A DNA stretch of 64,000 bases from Terriglobia bacterium (lineage in GTDB: Bacteria; Acidobacteriota; Terriglobia; Bryobacterales; Bryobacteraceae). Below are positions 59,103 through 64,000 of the stretch, piece by piece. Every line of letters starts with the position of its first letter. The stretch's first letter is position 1. The notes under the pieces were generated by a model that saw only the letters and a list, made by a program, of their open reading frames with translations, was not told the origin of the DNA and ran no database searches. The DNA is taken from positions 20,637 through 84,636 of the forward strand of contig CAWIQF010000024.1 of the NCBI GenBank assembly GCA_963838205.1, read 5' to 3'. Position numbers and translations under genes: made by a program.

Positions 59103-60327
59103 ATGGCGCGCTTCACCGGCCTTCTCGGTCTCTGCGCGATCCTCGCTGCCTGCATTCTTTTCTCCCGTAATCGCAGGGCCATCCGTCCGCGCCTGTTTCT
59201 GTGGGGCCTCGGCCTGCAGTTTGCTTTCGCTTTTCTGGTCTTGAAAACCGATTTCGGCAAGCTCTTTCAGTTGGCCAGCACCGTGGTCAACGCGCTGCTG
59301 GACTATGCCGAGCAGGGCTCCGCTTTCGTCTTCGGGCCGCTGGGCCTGAAGAGCGGCCCGTTCGGCGTCGTCTTCGCCTTTCAGGTCCTGCCCATCGTCA
59401 TCTTCATCGCCAGCATCTTTTCGATCCTTTACTATTTCGGTGTCATGCAGGTCGTCATCCGGGCCATGGCCTGGGTCATGTTTCGCGTCATGGGCGCCAG
59501 TGGGGCCGAGTTCGACCAACGTCGCTGCCAGCATCTTCATGGGCCAGACCGAAGCTCCGCTGACCATCCGCCCGTTCCTGGCCAATATGACCGAAAGCGA
59601 GCTCTTCACCGTCATGACCTGCGGCATGGCGCACGTCTCCGGAGCCGTTATGGCGGCCTATGTGAAAATCGCCGGCGTCTCTATTGAACACCTCCTGACC
59701 GCAGTCATCATGACCGCCCCCGCGACGTTGCTGCTCGCCAAGATCCTGGTCCCCGAGACCGGAATCCCCGAGACCGCCGGTACACTGAGAATTGAGGTCC
59801 CCAAGCCGGGCGTCAATCTCATCGACGCCGCCGCGCGCGGCGCCGGCGACGGCCTGCACCTGGCGCTGAACATCGCCGCCATGCTGATCGCCTTCATCGC
59901 CCTGATCGCTCTGGTGAACGGCTTTCTCGGCTGGGTCCACGGCGTGCCGCATCTCGCTTGGGTGCCGCCATCGTTGCAACAGATCTTCGGCATCGTGTTC
60001 GCACCCGTGGCCTGGCTGCTCGGCGTGAGTTGGAAGGATGCCGCGAGCGTCGGCGACATGCTCGGCACACGCATGGTGCTCAACGAATTCATCGCGTTCC
60101 TGCGCCTCGGTGAGTTGAAGAACACGTTGGACCATCGCAGCTTCGTCATCGCTACATTTGCTCTCTGCGGCTTCGCCAACTTCTCTTCCATCGCCATCCA
60201 AATCGGCGGCATCGGCGCACTCGCTCCATCGCGCAAATCCGACCTGGCGCGACTCGGCGTCCGGGCCATGCTCGCCGGCACTCTGGCCAACTTTATGTCT
60301 GCCTGCATTGCGGGGGTTTTATTATGA
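59103..60327 (+). pseudogene. nupC: NupC/CNT-family nucleoside transporter interrupted by an apparent +1 T insertion at 59511-59512
   Basis: AGGAGG RBS before ATG 59103. Frame 1 reads to ...[10 protein letters not shown]. The conserved continuation (S)[21 protein letters not shown]... is in the +1 frame (ORF 59440..60327). Deleting one T of GAGTTCG restores GAE-S-TNVAAS. Confidence 0.75.
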
Positions 60328-61169
60328 CCAATGCTGTTTTGCCCGCCGTCCACGAGGCGGCCCAGTTTCTGCGCGAGCGCCGGTCCGACTGGCCCTCCAC
60401 CGCCGTGATCCTCGGCAGCGCCCAGAGCGCTTTTCTCTCCGCGCTCGAGATGAGCGAAACGATCCCCTATTCGGAGATTCCCGGCTGGCCAGTTACCTCC
60501 GTGCCAGGTCATTCCGGGCAGTTGATCGCCGGAACCATCGGCGGCCACGCCGAGCGCCTTGAACCGGGATTCCCGGTGACGGTTCTCTCCGGCCGCGTCC
60601 ACCTCTATGAAGGCTGGTCGCCGCAGCAGGTCGTCTTCGGAGTCCGCGTGCTCGGCGCGCTGGGCCTGAAAACCCTCATTCTGACCAACGCCGCCGGTGC
60701 CATCAATCCGGCCTACCATCCCGGTCTGCTCGTCCTGATCAACGACCACATCAACCTGCAGGCAGCCAACCCCCTCGTTGGCCCCAATCTCGACGATCTC
60801 GGGCCGCGCTTCCCGGATATGACTCAGGCCTATCCGCGCGAACTGCGCTGGCTGGCGAAAGATCTCGCCGCCGAGTTGTGCGTTGAGATTCGCGAAGGCG
60901 TCTATGCCGGCCTTCTCGGTCCGAACTTCGAAACGCCCGCCGAAGTTCGTTATTTGCGGACCATCGGCGCCGACTTGGCCGGCATGAGCACCGTGGCCGA
61001 GACCATCGCCGCGCGACACATGGGCATCCAGGTGCTCGGTATCTCCACCGTTACCAATATGGCCGCCGGCATGCAGGCCGAACTGAGCCACGAGGAAGTG
61101 CTCGAGATCGGCCGTACTGCCTCCGAGGGCCTCATCCGGCTCTTAACTGCGCTGATTCCACGGCTCTGA
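60324..61169 (+). CDS. punA: purine nucleoside phosphorylase (trimeric PunA/MTAP family)
   Basis: ...[14 protein letters not shown]..., ...[38 protein letters not shown].... The start overlaps the nupC stop (ATGA). Confidence 0.88.
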   Translation: MTNAVLPAVHEAAQFLRERRSDWPSTAVILGSAQSAFLSALEMSETIPYSEIPGWPVTSVPGHSGQLIAGTIGGHAERLEPGFPVTVLSGRVHLYEGWSPQQVVFGVRVLGALGLKTLILTNAAGAINPAYHPGLLVLINDHINLQAANPLVGPNLDDLGPRFPDMTQAYPRELRWLAKDLAAELCVEIREGVYAGLLGPNFETPAEVRYLRTIGADLAGMSTVAETIAARHMGIQVLGISTVTNMAAGMQAELSHEEVLEIGRTASEGLIRLLTALIPRL

Positions 61170-61401
61170 ACTCCGTTCGCCACAACTCGCGGCCGGCCCG
61201 CCCGGCGCCTGCCCTGCAACCGATGTCATCGGCTGGCACCCGGATGCCTGCGTGTCTCCCCGATCTGCCCTCCCGTCTGTTTCCGCCGCCGTCCCTGCGC
61301 CGCGTCCGGGCGGTTTCCACTTGAAAGCGACCGCTCGACTTCACTCGCGACCTCAGACGCCGGTTGATGGGCTTTGCCGACTCCGCTATACTCCGAGCGG
61401 A

Positions 61402-63771
61402 ATGCCTATCAAGCGACGCGAGTTCATGGCCGGCATGTTGCTCAGCACAGTTGCCGTGGAGCGCGATGTCCCCAAAGGGAAGGTCAACGTCGCAGCCCAC
61501 GATGCCGGCGAAATGGCCTGGCCTCCCGGCGCCGGCTACGAATCCAAGGACGCCACCCTGCCCGAAGAGCCGCATTGGCTCCAGGTCGACCTCGGCTCCA
61601 AGTACCCGGTCGATGCCGTGAAGCTTTATCCGAAATTCGGGATGCCCGGCGACCATTTCGCCAGCGAGGGCTTCCCCCTCCGTTTCCGCCTCGAGGCATC
61701 CGACGACCCGCGCTTTGCCGCGCCCTCGCTGATCGCCGACCATACCGCCGCCGACTACCCCGACCCTGTCGATCACATCCAGGTGTTCTCCGCGGCCGCC
61801 GTCAAGGCCCGTTACGTCCGCCTCACCGTGACCCGGCTCAACAAACGCCACCGCGGTCCCTACTATTTCGCCCTGGCCAAGCTCGACGTCCTTTCGGGTG
61901 GAAAGGACGTCGCCGAGGGCCGGCCCATCTCCGACTCCACCAGCGGCGATCTCGGTGTGACCACGCTCACCCGTCCCCCGCGTCCGCAGGGCGAAGGCGT
62001 CGTCACCGACAATCCCGCCAACGTCATCCCAGCCAGCCGTTGGAAGAAAGTTCCCTACAACATTCACGCTCCTTTGAAAGGCGTCACTCTCGAAGGCGGC
62101 CCGCTCAAAACCGCCTTTGACCATAACATCGGCTATTTGCTCGGATCCTTTACAGCCGACGAGCTATCAAAAGAGTTTAACGACCGCGCCGGCAGGCCCA
62201 ACCCCGCCGGCCTGCGCAAGCCCGACCAGTTCTGGCAGACCGATCTCGCCGGTTCCAACGCCGGCCGCTTCCTGATGGGCGCCGGCAACTCCCTGCGCTG
62301 GACCACCCATCCCGAATTGCGCCAGCGCCTCGATCGGGTCGTTGACGGCATCGCCGCGTGCCGCCAGCGCAACGGCTATATCATGGCCTATCCCGAGGAC
62401 ACCATTTTCTACTCCGAGCGCGGCGCCTACACCCGCGCCTGGCTGACCCACGGCCTGATCGAAGCCGGCTACGGCGGTCGCCCCGACGCCTTCCAGCTCC
62501 TGCGCGGCAACTACGACTGGTTCGACCACTGCGAGTACCTGCCCCAGCTCCTCCGCGGCGCCATCCAAGGCGTCCAAGGGATGATCGCCAACACTCGCAT
62601 GGCCCACACCCCCACGGGCAAGCCCGAGGACATTCAGGTCATCCAGCGCTACTTCCAGGAAGACTACTGGCTCGACCAGCTCGCTCGCCGCGAGCCGCGC
62701 GCCATCTGGCAATACCCCTACGACCGCCCCCACTGCTACCTGATCACCGACCTCGAAGCCTACCTCGACATTTACACCGCCACCGGCGACCGCCGTTATC
62801 TCGACGCCGTCTCCGGCGGCTGGGATCTCTATCGCGACCACTGGGAACACGTCGGTGGCTCCATCGCCATCTGCGAATTCGGTAGCTATCCGCCCGGCTC
62901 TTACCTGCTCCACGCCGAGACCGGCGAGCTCTGCGGCAGCGTTTTCTGGGCCTTCCTCAGCCAGCGTTTCCATTTCCTTTATCCCGACCAAGAGAAGTAC
63001 GTCACCGAGATCGAGAAGTCCATCTACAACGTCGCCCTGGCCAACCAGGTCGGCTCCCAGGGCATCCGCTACCACGCCGTCCTCGCCGGCAAGAAGGACG
63101 TCCCCACCGCTATCAATACCTGCTGCGAGGGGCAGGGCACCCGCCTCCTCGGCGCACTGCCCGAGTTCATCTACTCGCTCGCGCCCGACGGCGTGTTTGT
63201 CGATCTATTTGAGAACTCCTCCATCACCTGGCAGCAGGCCGGCCAGCCCGTCACCCTGCGCATGGAGACTGCGTTTCCCTTCGATCCCCGCGTCGCCCTG
63301 CGGATCTCGACCCCCACGCCGGTCCACGGCAAGATCCGCGTGCGCATTCCCTCCTGGGCGGCGAAGGATGTCGAACTTCAGGTCAACGACGCCGCCACTC
63401 TCACCGGCAAACCCGGCAGCTACGTCCTGCTCGACCGCACCTGGACCAATGGCGACCGCGTCCACTTCACCCTGCCCATGAACTTCCGTCTCACCCACTA
63501 CACCGGCCAGGAGCGCGTCGCCGGCAAGGAGCAGTATGCCGTCGAGTACGGCCCCATCCTGCTCGCCCTCGTCGGCACCCAGCCCGGCCAGGTGGACGAG
63601 AAGGGCAACGCCACCGTCCCCGCCGGCCCCGCCGATCTCGCCCAACGCCTGCGGCCCAAGCCCGGCGCGCCGCTGCACTTCACTATCGACGGCGATCCGC
63701 ACCACGAGTACGTCCCCTATTGGCTCCTCCAGGACCAGTTCTTCACCTGCGCCCCCGTCCTGAGCGCCTGA
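61402..63771 (+). CDS. exported F5/8 type C (discoidin) domain + DUF1680/GH127-like beta-L-arabinofuranosidase family protein
   Basis: Start at MPIKRREFMAGMLLSTVAV (Tat-like). WLQVDLGSKYPVDAVKLYP...ARYVRLTV discoidin signature. The long C-terminal region has (alpha/alpha)6-like GH127 features (..NAGRFLMGAGN.., ..CCEGQGTR..). Confidence 0.7.
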   Translation: MPIKRREFMAGMLLSTVAVERDVPKGKVNVAAHDAGEMAWPPGAGYESKDATLPEEPHWLQVDLGSKYPVDAVKLYPKFGMPGDHFASEGFPLRFRLEASDDPRFAAPSLIADHTAADYPDPVDHIQVFSAAAVKARYVRLTVTRLNKRHRGPYYFALAKLDVLSGGKDVAEGRPISDSTSGDLGVTTLTRPPRPQGEGVVTDNPANVIPASRWKKVPYNIHAPLKGVTLEGGPLKTAFDHNIGYLLGSFTADELSKEFNDRAGRPNPAGLRKPDQFWQTDLAGSNAGRFLMGAGNSLRWTTHPELRQRLDRVVDGIAACRQRNGYIMAYPEDTIFYSERGAYTRAWLTHGLIEAGYGGRPDAFQLLRGNYDWFDHCEYLPQLLRGAIQGVQGMIANTRMAHTPTGKPEDIQVIQRYFQEDYWLDQLARREPRAIWQYPYDRPHCYLITDLEAYLDIYTATGDRRYLDAVSGGWDLYRDHWEHVGGSIAICEFGSYPPGSYLLHAETGELCGSVFWAFLSQRFHFLYPDQEKYVTEIEKSIYNVALANQVGSQGIRYHAVLAGKKDVPTAINTCCEGQGTRLLGALPEFIYSLAPDGVFVDLFENSSITWQQAGQPVTLRMETAFPFDPRVALRISTPTPVHGKIRVRIPSWAAKDVELQVNDAATLTGKPGSYVLLDRTWTNGDRVHFTLPMNFRLTHYTGQERVAGKEQYAVEYGPILLALVGTQPGQVDEKGNATVPAGPADLAQRLRPKPGAPLHFTIDGDPHHEYVPYWLLQDQFFTCAPVLSA

Positions 63772-64000
63772 GTCCGCCGCTGTATCCCGTCACCGGCTCG
63801 CCTGCCTGCCAGGCAGGCATCTCTGACCGTCTTTATGCCCGCTTCGGACACTCGTGTTGCTCGCGCCCACCGCGGTTGAAGCTACGCTGGCCCTCTTCAG
63901 CGCATCTTCAGCACTTGCATCTTGGCCTCCATCTAAGGCGTGCGAGCTTGCGAAACGGGAAGGCCGTGCTCTTCGTTCTGTTCAGTAGCACAACCGCTTC

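Overview
Visibly GC-rich bacterial chromosomal segment (exact GC not computed). HAF-repeat exoproteins, many Tat-signal oxidoreductases and weak Shine-Dalgarno usage suggest Acidobacteria (Solibacter/Bryobacter-like); this taxonomy is inference only. The core (9.8-24.1 kb, + strand) is the conserved cluster tRNA-Tyr, tRNA-Thr, tuf, tRNA-Trp, secE, nusG, rplK, rplA, rplJ, rplL, rpoB, rpoC. Flanking genes are housekeeping (uppS-cdsA, purC-cvpA, acs, secA, RNase J), exported sugar-acting enzymes (GH43, GH127-like, Gfo/Idh/MocA, an enolase-superfamily enzyme) and nucleoside salvage genes (cdd, an amidohydrolase, pdp-nupC-punA). I found no transposase, integrase, CRISPR array, rRNA or multi-gene defence island; the only accessory-type module is a HigBA toxin-antitoxin pair. 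So this looks like an ordinary core region, not a novel multi-gene system. The observations most worth a second look are: (1) a ~65-aa, 8-cysteine zinc-ribbon-like insertion in RpoB that resembles the RpoC zinc-binding domain encoded 4 kb downstream. (2) A promoter-to-terminator unit of ~105 nt directly upstream of RNase J, either an sRNA or an attenuating leader. (3) Several short tandem-repeat arrays in intergenic spacers (38.45 kb, 49.5 kb, 4.6 kb). (4) An Hfq/Sm-like small protein directly upstream of suhB, with a divergent terminator-backed micro-ORF. (5) TTGACG-N17-TAAACT promoters that abut start codons, implying leaderless mRNAs. (6) Three otherwise intact genes each broken by a single-nucleotide frameshift, which more likely reflects assembly indels than biology. 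All functional calls rest on motif and family recognition by eye; no database search was run.
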